A stretch of DNA of 64,000 nucleotides, taken from Promethearchaeota archaeon. Lineage in GTDB: Archaea; Asgardarchaeota; Lokiarchaeia; Sigyniarchaeales; SOKP01. Location of the stretch: contig JAHLWS010000069.1 in NCBI GenBank assembly GCA_019057795.1, positions 1 through 64,000 on the forward strand. Reading direction: 5' to 3'. The notes below the pieces were generated by a model, which was not told the DNA's origin, did no database searches, and saw only the letters and a program-made list of their open reading frames with translations. Shown here piece after piece: positions 50,026 to 59,880 of the stretch (its first letter is position 1; every line of letters begins with the position of its first letter). The translations under genes were made by a program, and so were the position numbers.

Positions 50026-51384
50026 CTAATACATATTTTTCAATCTTTCCATAAAAGGTTCTACACTTTTTTTGACTCCGTTTACATTTTCGCCTATTTT
50101 TTTGAAATTAATAACTATTGATGGTATATTTAATTCCGTTTTCATTTTATCCTTTAATGTATCGTATGTTTTTGATATTGAAGGGCACCCAAATACCTGG
50201 TTGAAGATTAAACCATCTATGTTCATTCTTTTTGCTGCTGCTAAGTAGGAATTCGTCATATTTTCTCTGTTGCATCCAATTCCTTTTGTTGATGCGTTCA
50301 ATAGAAAACGAGAGTAATCTTCAATGGGGTCGGAATTTTTTGATAAAGGGATTTCTTCCAATAAACCTAGTAAGTCCCAATCAGCATAAATTATCCTTCC
50401 ACCCAATTTATAAATAATTTCGTGTACTTCTGGTTCCCACCCTTGGTACATTGGGGCAAATAACACCCTTGGCATGTGAGAAACATCCATTCCTATACCT
50501 TTTTTGATCCTCTCTCTCATTTCTTTAACTAATTGACTCATATTATTTAAGTATCTTTGAGCGTTAGAATTATAATCTTGAAATGTTATTGTTAGAAGCG
50601 CTAGAATTTCCGCAAAGGATGCAGGATTACAAGGATAGAAATTTGAAGTACTGATCTCATAAAGGATTGTTTTATAAAATCGCTTTACCTGGTTTCCTAT
50701 TCGGAATTGTTTTTGTAAGCTACTATCTGTGACAAAATTTCCTGTTATACCCTCTAAATCACTGATCCCCCTTTTTACACTGTTTATTATTTGTTCTAGT
50801 GCCTTATTTTCATTTTCTAGATTTTTAGGAGGAACCTCAATCGTTATTTGATTAGGGACTGTTGTTTTTAACGATTCAGAAAACTTATTCCATTCACCAC
50901 AACGCATAGCAAAGTTAAGATTAGCGTCTAAATTTTTGCCCTTTGATAAATGCATTCCATAAAGAGCGTTAATTCCATAACATAATTCAGAGGGAACGCC
51001 ATTATTAACACCTAATTCGTACATTTCATTATATTTACTATGAATCGAGGTAATAACATCTTCAAGAATTTTATCGACTATTTTTAATATATCAAATTGA
51101 CGAGCGAAATCTAGAAATTTTGATGTTAAACTCCAACCTAATACACTAGTGGCGGAATTTAACATTGCTAAGTACTTATTAACTTCAAACGATTCCATTC
51201 GAATTGGAAAAACTGGAATCCCTCCAACGGCAAAAGCTAAATCTGGGAAACCTAAGGCAACTGAAATTAATTTTTTCTTTTCTTTAAACTTTTTCTTTTT
51301 TAGATACTCTCTACCTGTTAAAAAATTATAAGCCATTTTAAGAACAGACGTGAAACTTACGACATCGTCAGCGTATATACTCGT
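50026..51384 (-). CDS. 2-hydroxyacyl-CoA dehydratase subunit (HgdAB/FldBC family); likely starts at ACG 51384 rather than ATG 51336
   Basis: Paralog of 57275-58630 with conserved Cys (LCYG, RCG, FGC). The upstream in-frame TSIYADDVVSFTSVLK aligns to the paralog's MSLIAEEIITFSSVLK. Confidence 0.8.
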   Translation of the reverse strand, partial: TSIYADDVVSFTSVLKMAYNFLTGREYLKKKKFKEKKKLISVALGFPDLAFAVGGIPVFPIRMESFEVNKYLAMLNSATSVLGWSLTSKFLDFARQFDILKIVDKILEDVITSIHSKYNEMYELGVNNGVPSELCYGINALYGMHLSKGKNLDANLNFAMRCGEWNKFSESLKTTVPNQITIEVPPKNLENENKALEQIINSVKRGISDLEGITGNFVTDSSLQKQFRIGNQVKRFYKTILYEISTSNFYPCNPASFAEILALLTITFQDYNSNAQRYLNNMSQLVKEMRERIKKGIGMDVSHMPRVLFAPMYQGWEPEVHEIIYKLGGRIIYADWDLLGLLEEIPLSKNSDPIEDYSRFLLNASTKGIGCNRENMTNSYLAAAKRMNIDGLIFNQVFGCPSISKTYDTLKDKMKTELNIPSIVINFKKIGENVNGVKKSVEPFMERLKNMY

Positions 51385-51486
51385 TTTAAAACCAACTCTA
51401 GCTGCTATTATAAAATAAGAATTTTCTACAACTATAATTTAAAAATAGTCATCTAATTGTAATAAAATTTATGAGGTAAAGTATAA

Positions 51487-51503
51487 GGGTTTATGATTTT
51501 ATT
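51487..51503 (+). repeat. 17-bp direct repeat R1, copy 1 (GGGTTTATGATTTTATT)
   Basis: Identical to 53934-53950. Confidence 0.75.
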
Positions 51504-51630
51504 TGAACATCTTCATAAAAACTCCAAGATGAGTTTTTATTTCTTCGATTTTTTCGCCAATTTTATTATATATCATTGTTATTGATGGTATTTCAACTAC
51601 TCGACATAATTTTTCTTTTAATATAACATA
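51499..51630 (-). pseudogene. 3'-end remnant of a 2-hydroxyacyl-CoA dehydratase subunit gene
   Basis: YVILKEKLCRVVEIPSITMIYNKIGEKIEEIKTHLGVFMKMFK* aligns without gaps to the 57275 gene end YTMLREKVRRELEIPTTAITFNKIGENIEQMKTRLGAFMEMFK*. Confidence 0.85.
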
Positions 51631-51777
51631 TACTCTTAGAAGTTTTATTCTAATACTCGAATATTATCTCGGATTTGAAAATATTTATATTTCATGGTTT
51701 ACTTCTTGAAATTCGAATTTTTCCGCAAACATAAGAGTTAAGCAAGATTTAATTGTATATAAAATGTATTATAAACC

Positions 51778-51797
51778 AAGAAAATGAAAATATGAAA
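51778..51797 (+). repeat. 20-bp direct repeat R2, copy 1 (AAGAAAATGAAAATATGAAA)
   Basis: Identical to 53980-53999. Confidence 0.7.
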
Positions 51798-51810
51798 AAA
51801 TCTGATCAAG

Positions 51811-52797
51811 ATGACTAAGGAAAAAATAAAAATTTGCGTACTTGAGAAAAAACGAGGAAATTTTTCAATACAAGAGAAATTTGCTAAAAACGAAAATATT
51901 ATCGATACAACTAATCAAGAAGTAGAACATCATTTAAGTGCTTTAAATGAAGCGGGTTATGATGTAAAAATATTAAAATGGAATGACAATATAATTTATG
52001 ATTTAAAAAGTCTTGACATTGATATCGTATTTAATATATCCAGCATTGTTGAAACAGCTATTTTAGAAGAATTAGAGATACCTTATGTAGGGTCTGATGT
52101 TTTTGGATGCGTTATAGCAACCGATAAGGTTCTTACTAAAGACTTGTGGTTTAAAAAAGGATTACCAACATCACCTTATATTTTAGCAAGATCAAAAGAG
52201 GATTGTGAAATTTTTAAGAAAAACAAGCCATTTGATTATCCTTTATTTATAAAACCCTCTCAAGGGAGAGGAAGTTCTGGAATCGATGAATCCTCACTTA
52301 TCTGTTCATATAACGAATTAATTAAAGGAGTTGAAAAAAGATTAAACACAATAAATCAACCTGTTCTTATTGAAAAATTTTTAAAAGGTAGGGAAATAAC
52401 ATGTGGAATTATTGGTAATGGAAATCAGATTAAAGCCTTACCTTTATTAGAAATAATACACAAGGAAAAGGAAAAATTCTTGACATTTAATAAAAAAGAG
52501 TTAGATGACGATCAATTCCAATGCCCTGCAAAATTAACTCCGAAACAGTCTAAAGAATTACAGAAATTAGCTATTTCAGCATTTCAAGCGATAAATCTTA
52601 GAGATTATGGTCGTGTAGACATGATCTTATCAGAAGAAGGTCCTTTTTTATTAGAAATAAATTGTTTTGCAGGATTAATGTGTACACCAAAAGATAAACC
52701 TCATAGTTACATGGGCTTTATGGCAATTGCAGAAAACAAAAAAAGTAGTGAATTCTTAGATGAAATTATAAAAGAAGCATTAAAAAGAATTGGATAA
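51811..52797 (+). CDS. D-Ala-D-Ala ligase-like ATP-grasp enzyme
   Basis: IPYVGS, DK..TK, FIKP..G.GSSGI, EKFL.GRE, YGRVD, LEIN; lacks the N-terminal GGxSxE of true Ddl. Confidence 0.8.
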   Translation: MTKEKIKICVLEKKRGNFSIQEKFAKNENIIDTTNQEVEHHLSALNEAGYDVKILKWNDNIIYDLKSLDIDIVFNISSIVETAILEELEIPYVGSDVFGCVIATDKVLTKDLWFKKGLPTSPYILARSKEDCEIFKKNKPFDYPLFIKPSQGRGSSGIDESSLICSYNELIKGVEKRLNTINQPVLIEKFLKGREITCGIIGNGNQIKALPLLEIIHKEKEKFLTFNKKELDDDQFQCPAKLTPKQSKELQKLAISAFQAINLRDYGRVDMILSEEGPFLLEINCFAGLMCTPKDKPHSYMGFMAIAENKKSSEFLDEIIKEALKRIG

Positions 52798-52839
52798 CTT
52801 TCGTTCAAACTAAAAACAAATTGTATTATGTGAATTAAA

Positions 52840-53925
52840 ATGCCAATACTTGAAATAAATTTGAGAAAAATTAGACATAACGCAAAATTATTAAAGAATC
52901 TTTTAACTCAGCGAAATGTATCTATTATTGGAATTACAAAACTTGTCTTAGGAAACCCTACTATTGCAATGACGTTGGTTCAAGGAGGAATAGAGTATTT
53001 AGGAGATTCACGAATTAACAATATTATTAAAATGAAAAAAAATAATATTAGAGCTCAATTTGTTTTAATTCGTATTCCAAGCATTACTGAAATTCCTCTT
53101 GTTGTTAAATACGCAAATTATAGCCTAAATTCAGAATTAAAGACCATAAGAATGCTTTCAAATGAAGCCGTTAAACAAAAAAAGATACATAATATAATTC
53201 TAATGGTAGATATGGGAGATTTAAGAGAAGGAATAAATATATTCAATATTGAATTTTTTGTCGAAGAGATTTTAAAACTAAAAAATATAAATTTAAGTGG
53301 AATTGGTACAAATTTCAAATGTTTTGGTGGTATCATCCCGACAGATGAAAATATGAATGAATTTTCAAAATTAGTCTTTAGGATCAAGGATAAATTTGAA
53401 TTGGAATTAGAATTTGTTTCAGGAGGAAATTCTGCAAATTTTAACTGGTTTAAATCGTGTAAAAACATTGGTGAAATAAATAATTTTAGAATTGGGGAAG
53501 CCATGTTTCTAGGAAAAGAAACGATAAATTATGAACCAATTCCAAATCTATATACAGACGCTTTTAAGTTAATAACAGAGATTGTTGAGTTAAAACAAAG
53601 ATCTGTAATCCCCAAAGGGATTATTGTATCAAATGCATTTGGGGAACGTGTCCAAACTTACCATAAAAAAATTAACAACGGTAAAAAAAGCGATATAATT
53701 AGAACACAAGCACTTTTAAATATAGGTAGACAAGATATTGCAGTAAAAGGATTAAATCCGAAAGAAAGTATTAATATTCTTGGAGCTTCAAGCGACTACT
53801 TAGTTGTAGATATAAGAGATAATCAATTTCAGATTGGACAAAAATTGCATTTTGATTTAAATTATGAAGCTCTTTTAAGAGCAATGACTAGTCCCTATAT
53901 CCATAAGAAATTTATCGATATTTAA
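52840..53925 (+). CDS. PLP-dependent alanine/ornithine racemase family (Orr-like)
   Basis: GITK (PLP Lys), GDSRI, GDLREG, GTNF.CFGG, SGGNS, RIGE, GRQD, GASSD. Confidence 0.88.
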   Translation: MPILEINLRKIRHNAKLLKNLLTQRNVSIIGITKLVLGNPTIAMTLVQGGIEYLGDSRINNIIKMKKNNIRAQFVLIRIPSITEIPLVVKYANYSLNSELKTIRMLSNEAVKQKKIHNIILMVDMGDLREGINIFNIEFFVEEILKLKNINLSGIGTNFKCFGGIIPTDENMNEFSKLVFRIKDKFELELEFVSGGNSANFNWFKSCKNIGEINNFRIGEAMFLGKETINYEPIPNLYTDAFKLITEIVELKQRSVIPKGIIVSNAFGERVQTYHKKINNGKKSDIIRTQALLNIGRQDIAVKGLNPKESINILGASSDYLVVDIRDNQFQIGQKLHFDLNYEALLRAMTSPYIHKKFIDI

Positions 53926-53933
53926 ATTTACAT

Positions 53934-53999
53934 GGGTTTATGATTTTATTCTGAATGGTAACGAAACACATTTTAGAAGAAGAAAATGAAAATATGAAA
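53934..53999 (+). repeat. Second copies of R1 (53934-53950) and R2 (53980-53999)
   Basis: Exact matches to 51487-51503 and 51778-51797 in the same order and orientation. Confidence 0.7.
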
Positions 54000-54335
54000 T
54001 TTATTTTTATTACAGTAAGGATAATTTTTAGTTTATTAAAAAAAGTTCTAAAAAACATCTACATAATTGTAGAATTAAAATTTGCCTCTTAATCTATATA
54101 AATGACGCAAAATTTTAAATGTAATAATTGATATAATAAGATAGGAAGAATTTTGCATTGAAACTTAAAACGGTATTAATTATCTAAATATTAGAATATA
54201 TTTTTGTATCCAATAAATTAGGGATATAATTAGAGCAACTGGTTATTCACTGTTATTATTCTATCGAATTTTAATAATCACTACTCTGCAATCCAGTAAG
54301 TTTCTTTAATGCTTATTTCAAATATTGTTTGAAGG

Positions 54336-56090
54336 GTGTTTTATTCAATAATGATGACTAACTCTTATTTAGAGAAAAAAAAAAATAGAAGAATTTTAAC
54401 AGCATGTATAGGACAATGCGTGCATGTAGCAGGTACATATAATTTCATTCAAATTTCAAAACAGTTAGGTTATAATAATATATTTTTAGGACCTGCTACC
54501 CCTATTTCAATTGTTATCGATCAAATTAAAAAGTATGACCCTAACATTGTAGGGCTAAGTTATCGTTTAACGGCAGACACTGTTAGACCTTTACTAAATG
54601 AATTTTTTAAAAATTTTATAAAATTAGAGAAAAAACCAAAAAAATTATTTTTTGCTGGAACACCTGAAGTAGTTGAGATTGCAAGAAAATATGAAGGGTT
54701 CGATGAATATTTTGTTGGAGGGGAATCAAAATTTGAATTAATTTCTATCTTGAGAAATGAGAAAGTAAAATCAGAAAGTAAAACAGAAATCCCTATGGAC
54801 ATTATTTCTCGAATACAATGGAAGAAACCTTATCCTGTAATTAGAGCGCACTTTGGATTACCTAATTTCAATGAAACAATAGAAGGAATAAAAAAAATTG
54901 CTAAAGCTAAAGTCTTAGATGTTATTTCAATTGCGCCCGATCAAAATACGCAAGCAAATTATTTCCACCCTGAAAATCAAGATAAAGAATTATCTGGAGC
55001 GGGCGGGGTTCCTTTGCGCACTCAGCAAGATTTCGAAAAGCTCCATCAGGCAAGATTAACCGGAAACTATCCGATGTTAAGGGTATATGCTGGAACACGC
55101 GATTTCATTAAATTAGGAAAATTGTATCGAGATACAATTCAAAATGCTTGGGCAGCAATTCCTATTTTTTGGTTTAATCAAATGGATAGTAGGGGGCCTT
55201 TAACTTTAAAAGAATCGATTAAACAGCATCTAAACGCAATAAAGTGGCACGGAAAGCACAATATTCCCGTTGAAGTAAACGATCCACATCATTGGAGCCT
55301 TCGAGACGCTCCTGATGCTATAGCTGTTGCTGATATGTATTTATGTGGAATAATAGCCAAAAAATTAGGCGTCAAAAATTTTATAGCACAATATATGTTT
55401 AATACACCTCCATCAAGTTCACTTGATATGGACTTAGCAAAAATTCTCGCTAAAGATGAGTTACTTCAAACGCTAGCCAATGAGAACTTTACGATAATTA
55501 AGCAAGTTCGAACGGGAATAACAAGTTTCCCATTAGATTTGGATAAAGCAAAAGGACAGCTTGCTACAGCGACATTTGTTCAATTAGCTATTAGACCAGA
55601 CATTGTTCATGTAGTTAGTTCTTCTGAAGCTAGTCATGCAGCTCGTCCAGAAAATGTAATAGAAAGTTGTAAAATAGTGGATCAAGTCATAGATAAAGTT
55701 TATTCCTGTAAAATTAATATTATAGATAAAAAAATTGAGGAAAGGAAAGAAGAATTAATAAGACAAGCCAAATGGATAGTTAATTTAATACCTCATCTAA
55801 CAAAAAATGAAGAAGAAACGATAAGTCCATACACCAATTATGAAGTTTTAAGTCGACTCGTAAAATATGGTATATTTGATGCCCCACATTTAAAAAACAA
55901 TAAATTTGCGTTGGGTAAAATTAAAACAAAAGTAATTAACGGTGCTTGTTATTCGTGGAATGAATCTCAGCAAAAAATTTACGATGAAATTGAAAGAATA
56001 AAAGACATTATCTTTAATAGCCCATTTAAAAATTTTTCTGATTCATTACAACAAAAAGAAAAATCCATCACAAAGGTGATGGATGAATGA
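54336..56090 (+). CDS. Cobalamin-binding domain protein fused to a putative mutase-like catalytic domain (true start probably ATG 54351/54354)
   Basis: GQCVHVAG (DxHxxG-type), FLG, VGLSYRL, F.GG B12-binding Rossmann domain followed by about 430 aa. Confidence 0.75.
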   Translation: MFYSIMMTNSYLEKKKNRRILTACIGQCVHVAGTYNFIQISKQLGYNNIFLGPATPISIVIDQIKKYDPNIVGLSYRLTADTVRPLLNEFFKNFIKLEKKPKKLFFAGTPEVVEIARKYEGFDEYFVGGESKFELISILRNEKVKSESKTEIPMDIISRIQWKKPYPVIRAHFGLPNFNETIEGIKKIAKAKVLDVISIAPDQNTQANYFHPENQDKELSGAGGVPLRTQQDFEKLHQARLTGNYPMLRVYAGTRDFIKLGKLYRDTIQNAWAAIPIFWFNQMDSRGPLTLKESIKQHLNAIKWHGKHNIPVEVNDPHHWSLRDAPDAIAVADMYLCGIIAKKLGVKNFIAQYMFNTPPSSSLDMDLAKILAKDELLQTLANENFTIIKQVRTGITSFPLDLDKAKGQLATATFVQLAIRPDIVHVVSSSEASHAARPENVIESCKIVDQVIDKVYSCKINIIDKKIEERKEELIRQAKWIVNLIPHLTKNEEETISPYTNYEVLSRLVKYGIFDAPHLKNNKFALGKIKTKVINGACYSWNESQQKIYDEIERIKDIIFNSPFKNFSDSLQQKEKSITKVMDE

Positions 56091-57193
56091 GGTTCTGCGT
56101 TATTGGAGCAGGAAATGGTGGCCGAGCGTTTGCGGCATATTTATCATCAGAAGGATATCCTGTAAATCTATATAATCGCTCATATACCAGAATTTATGAC
56201 ATCAAAAAGAAAGGAGGAATAAAAGCAAAAGGGAAGTTAAAAGGCTTTTTCCCAATTGATCTGATTACACAAAATCTAAATTTGGCAGTTAAGAATGTAG
56301 ATGTTATTTTAATAGTAACTCCTGCTTCAGCACATAAAAGTATTGCAAAGAACATTGCACATTTTTTAACAAACGATCAGATAATATTGTTGAATCCAGG
56401 TAGAATTTTTGGAGCTGTAGAGTTTAGAAGTATAATAGAAAAGGAAAGAGGGAATCTCCCTATTTTTATTGCTGAAACCCAAACATTACTTTTTACATCA
56501 AGACAATTGAAAAAAAATGAAGTTCAAATTCTTACAATTAAGGATTCTGTTAGTTTTTCTGCTTTTCCAGAGAAGCATACGTTTTTCATTAGTGATACAT
56601 TGAGAGATGTTTTTCCCCAAATGAATCCTATTGATAATTATCTGCAAGTTACATTAAATAACATGGGGATGTTATTGCATCCAACTCTCTCATTATTGAA
56701 TGCTAGTGCTATGGATTATGGAAGAAAGTTCAATTTTTATGCACAAGGGGCATCTACACATACTTGTGAAATTCTTGAGGCTCTTCAAATGGAATTCAGA
56801 AAGATTTTTGAAAAGTTAAATTTAAAGCAAATAAATTTTTGTGAATGGGTGGAGAAATCTTATGGATTTAAAGCAAACAATATCTATAATGCTATTCAAA
56901 AAATAGAGGCATATAAAAATATTGTTGCTCCAAAAGAATTAATAACTAGATATTTCACTGAGGATGTTCCAACTGGACTTGTACCTATGGCGTCATTAGG
57001 AGAATTCTTAGAAATTTCTACACCAATAATTGATTCTATAATAAATTTATCTTCGATTTTATGTGGAATTGATTTTAGAAAAGAGGGAAGAAGCATTATG
57101 AACTTAAATTTAGCTAGCCATATAACTAAACAAATGAAAGGAGAAGATATGTTGGGAATACTAGAAAGTCAAAAAACACAAATCGATGCTTAA
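56087..57193 (+). CDS. NAD/NADP opine (octopine/nopaline) dehydrogenase family protein
   Basis: VIGAGNGG, LLNPGR.FGA.EF, AETQT, N.G.LLHP, FY.QG, RYFTEDVP.GLVP; ATGA overlap with the B12 gene. Confidence 0.88.
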   Translation: MRFCVIGAGNGGRAFAAYLSSEGYPVNLYNRSYTRIYDIKKKGGIKAKGKLKGFFPIDLITQNLNLAVKNVDVILIVTPASAHKSIAKNIAHFLTNDQIILLNPGRIFGAVEFRSIIEKERGNLPIFIAETQTLLFTSRQLKKNEVQILTIKDSVSFSAFPEKHTFFISDTLRDVFPQMNPIDNYLQVTLNNMGMLLHPTLSLLNASAMDYGRKFNFYAQGASTHTCEILEALQMEFRKIFEKLNLKQINFCEWVEKSYGFKANNIYNAIQKIEAYKNIVAPKELITRYFTEDVPTGLVPMASLGEFLEISTPIIDSIINLSSILCGIDFRKEGRSIMNLNLASHITKQMKGEDMLGILESQKTQIDA

Positions 57194-57274
57194 ATTGTTT
57201 TAATTTATGAAGATATTATTAAGCTTTAATTTCTTCTATATTAGGAGATTATATCTAAAATCTCTATTTTTTAA

Positions 57275-58630
57275 TTACTTAAACATTTCCATGAATGCAC
57301 CGAGCCTTGTCTTCATTTGTTCGATGTTCTCTCCAATTTTATTAAAAGTAATTGCAGTTGTTGGTATCTCAAGCTCGCGTCTTACTTTCTCTCTCAGCAT
57401 TGTATAACAATTTGAAATAGAATGACATCCAAACAATTGAAAAAATATAAGACCATCGGCATTTAATTTTTTTGCCACTCTCAAATATGAGTCAGTTAAC
57501 GTGTCGTTATCACACCCAATCCCTGATACTGTTGCATTTAAAAGAAATCGAGCGTATTCTTCAACAGGATTTAAATGATTAGCCACGGGAATTTCCTCTG
57601 AGAATTTTATTACTTCCCAGTCAGCATAAATCGCTCTCCCGCCTAGTTCATATATAATATCGTGGGTTTTTGGTTCCCATCCTCCGAATATTGGCGTTAC
57701 AAAAATACGCGGCATTTTAGACACATCCATTCCAATTCCCTTTCTTATTCTTTCCCGCATTTCGTCTACGAGTGAAATTAAATTATCCCTATATCGTATC
57801 GAATTAGAATTATAGTCTTGAAATGTAAGGCTTAATAACGCCAGAATTTCACTAAATGTTGCTGGATTACACGGATAAAAATCAGAAGCACTAATATCGT
57901 AGATTATTGTTTTATAAGATTTTTTTACTTGATTACTAATTTTAAAATGCTCTCTCAATTGATTATCCGTTATTGTGTTGCCAGTTAAATTCTCCAATTC
58001 TCTTATGGCGTTCGATACATTATCAGTTATAATTTCCAAAGCATTTCCAATATTTCTGGGAGGAATATCAACCCATATTTGCTTTGGGTCTTGATTGATT
58101 ATTTTTAAGGATTCCATATATTTATTATACGCGCTACATCGAATTGTAACGTTGAGACATGCGTCTAAATTACGACCTTTGGAAATATGCGCACCAACTA
58201 AACTTTTCAACCCGTAACAGAAGTCACTTGAAATTCCATTCTCAATTCCAAGATCATACATTTCGTTGTATTTTTTGTTAATCGTGTCAATTACATCCTC
58301 AATAATTCCGTCAACAATTTTACTGATTTCAGATATTCCAAGGTTCTTAACAAAACTTAAGAAGCTAGAAACATTTTTCCAGCCAAAAATACTAGACGCG
58401 GAGCCTAAGTACGCGAGGTATTTACTAATTTCAAAAGTGTGCATCCTTATCGGAAACACTGGTACAGCACCTGCCGCGAAAGCTAGATCTGAAAATGCTA
58501 AGGATACTCCAACTAGCTTTTTTTTCTCTCGGAACTTTTTCCTTTTTAGATACTCTCTGCCTGTTAAAAGATTATAAGCCATTTTTAATACAGAACTAAA
58601 AGTTATTATTTCCTCAGCAATTAAACTCAT
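57275..58630 (-). CDS. 2-hydroxyacyl-CoA dehydratase subunit
   Basis: FCYG, IRCS, FGCH, EIP....F...GE..EQ.KTRL.AF.EM. Confidence 0.82.
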   Translation of the reverse strand: MSLIAEEIITFSSVLKMAYNLLTGREYLKRKKFREKKKLVGVSLAFSDLAFAAGAVPVFPIRMHTFEISKYLAYLGSASSIFGWKNVSSFLSFVKNLGISEISKIVDGIIEDVIDTINKKYNEMYDLGIENGISSDFCYGLKSLVGAHISKGRNLDACLNVTIRCSAYNKYMESLKIINQDPKQIWVDIPPRNIGNALEIITDNVSNAIRELENLTGNTITDNQLREHFKISNQVKKSYKTIIYDISASDFYPCNPATFSEILALLSLTFQDYNSNSIRYRDNLISLVDEMRERIRKGIGMDVSKMPRIFVTPIFGGWEPKTHDIIYELGGRAIYADWEVIKFSEEIPVANHLNPVEEYARFLLNATVSGIGCDNDTLTDSYLRVAKKLNADGLIFFQLFGCHSISNCYTMLREKVRRELEIPTTAITFNKIGENIEQMKTRLGAFMEMFK

Positions 58631-59766
58631 TTCATCATCTCCAAATACGCTTCTATTCTTGTTGAGAGCTGCCCTCGATTAGCTCGAGAATAGTCTCGCT
58701 CTAAATTCAATACTTGTATTCCTTTTTCTTGTAACTCATTTTTCAAGAAAGAAGACATTAACGATATGTGGTCGCAAAATTTAATAATATGATTGAAAAC
58801 GCCTAATTTTTTACCAGTTTTTTTTGTATAGTTCTTAGAATAATTATCAATCAAAGAAACTTTTTGTTGCAAGAAGTTAGGTACTGAATGGTCTCCACAC
58901 GTATTATTTTTAAATCTCAGCACCAATAAATCTAAAGGATTTTTGTTTGAATTTATCGAGTCATCATCTATAACTTGTGAATAATAGTGATTTCCAATCC
59001 ATGTATCGAAATAAACAATATTTCCCCCTCCTTCTTCGATTAAATCAATTAGGTTATCATTAATGAAGATAGAACATCCTGTAAATAAAATATCTTTAGA
59101 TAAACCAAGGTTTTGAGGTGGATTGTTTTTTACTTCTTCAATGTACTTTTCTAAATCAGGTAGGAATGTTGGACCATATAATATTGCTTTTTGAATTATA
59201 TTTAATTTTTCTGAGCCCAAAATCTCTAAATCATTAACTTGCGATATTTTTTTTTTAAAATCATTATACTTCTTAATACTCTCAAATAATTTTTCGTCAG
59301 AAATTTTTTTACCTATAATATCTTCAAGCTTCTCCTTTAAATTTTGTAGCTCTATCTTGAAATATTTTAAACTACTTTCATTAGTCATATATGGGACATA
59401 AAAATTTAAACGAGAGATATTGAAATATTTAGTTATTATTTCTGAAGCACAAATATCTGATACGCAGTGGTTTGAAACAATAAAATAATCCACCAAATCT
59501 AAAAATCTGTAGTTATTTGGTTTAGTAGAAAATAATCCAATACATGATTGAGCAAATGCACATGTAGATGGAGGTAAAAAATCGTGACTAGCTTCCATTA
59601 ACTCGTCATCCCCTCCAAACATCATCCTTAAAGGAAAGAAACCCGCTGCATCTATCAACTCTTCGGGGATATTGTCGTGAGCTAAAAAAGCAACGATTTT
59701 AACACCTTCTTGCTTTTTTTCTTTAAGAAATAACGAAAACTCTGGGAGAAGAATGGGATCGGTCAT
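58627..59766 (-). CDS. 2-hydroxyacyl-CoA dehydratase subunit (HgdB/D-like)
   Basis: PEELIDAAG, TCAF, NHC, KFCD, GQLSTRIEAYLEM. Confidence 0.85.
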   Translation of the reverse strand: MTDPILLPEFSLFLKEKKQEGVKIVAFLAHDNIPEELIDAAGFFPLRMMFGGDDELMEASHDFLPPSTCAFAQSCIGLFSTKPNNYRFLDLVDYFIVSNHCVSDICASEIITKYFNISRLNFYVPYMTNESSLKYFKIELQNLKEKLEDIIGKKISDEKLFESIKKYNDFKKKISQVNDLEILGSEKLNIIQKAILYGPTFLPDLEKYIEEVKNNPPQNLGLSKDILFTGCSIFINDNLIDLIEEGGGNIVYFDTWIGNHYYSQVIDDDSINSNKNPLDLLVLRFKNNTCGDHSVPNFLQQKVSLIDNYSKNYTKKTGKKLGVFNHIIKFCDHISLMSSFLKNELQEKGIQVLNLERDYSRANRGQLSTRIEAYLEMMK

Positions 59767-59880
59767 AATATTAGCTTGAGTAGTATGAAATTATCTATCT
59801 GAAAAGACTTATTTCCTTAAAAAAGTTTCCCGATTTAAAATATAGATAAAAATATTAAAATTAGCTGAAATAAAATTAAT

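Noticed and set aside
51811-53925. Peptidoglycan synthesis (ddl + alr)
   Set aside because: The ligase lacks Ddl N-terminal substrate motifs, the racemase is Orr-like, and there are no mur genes in the window.
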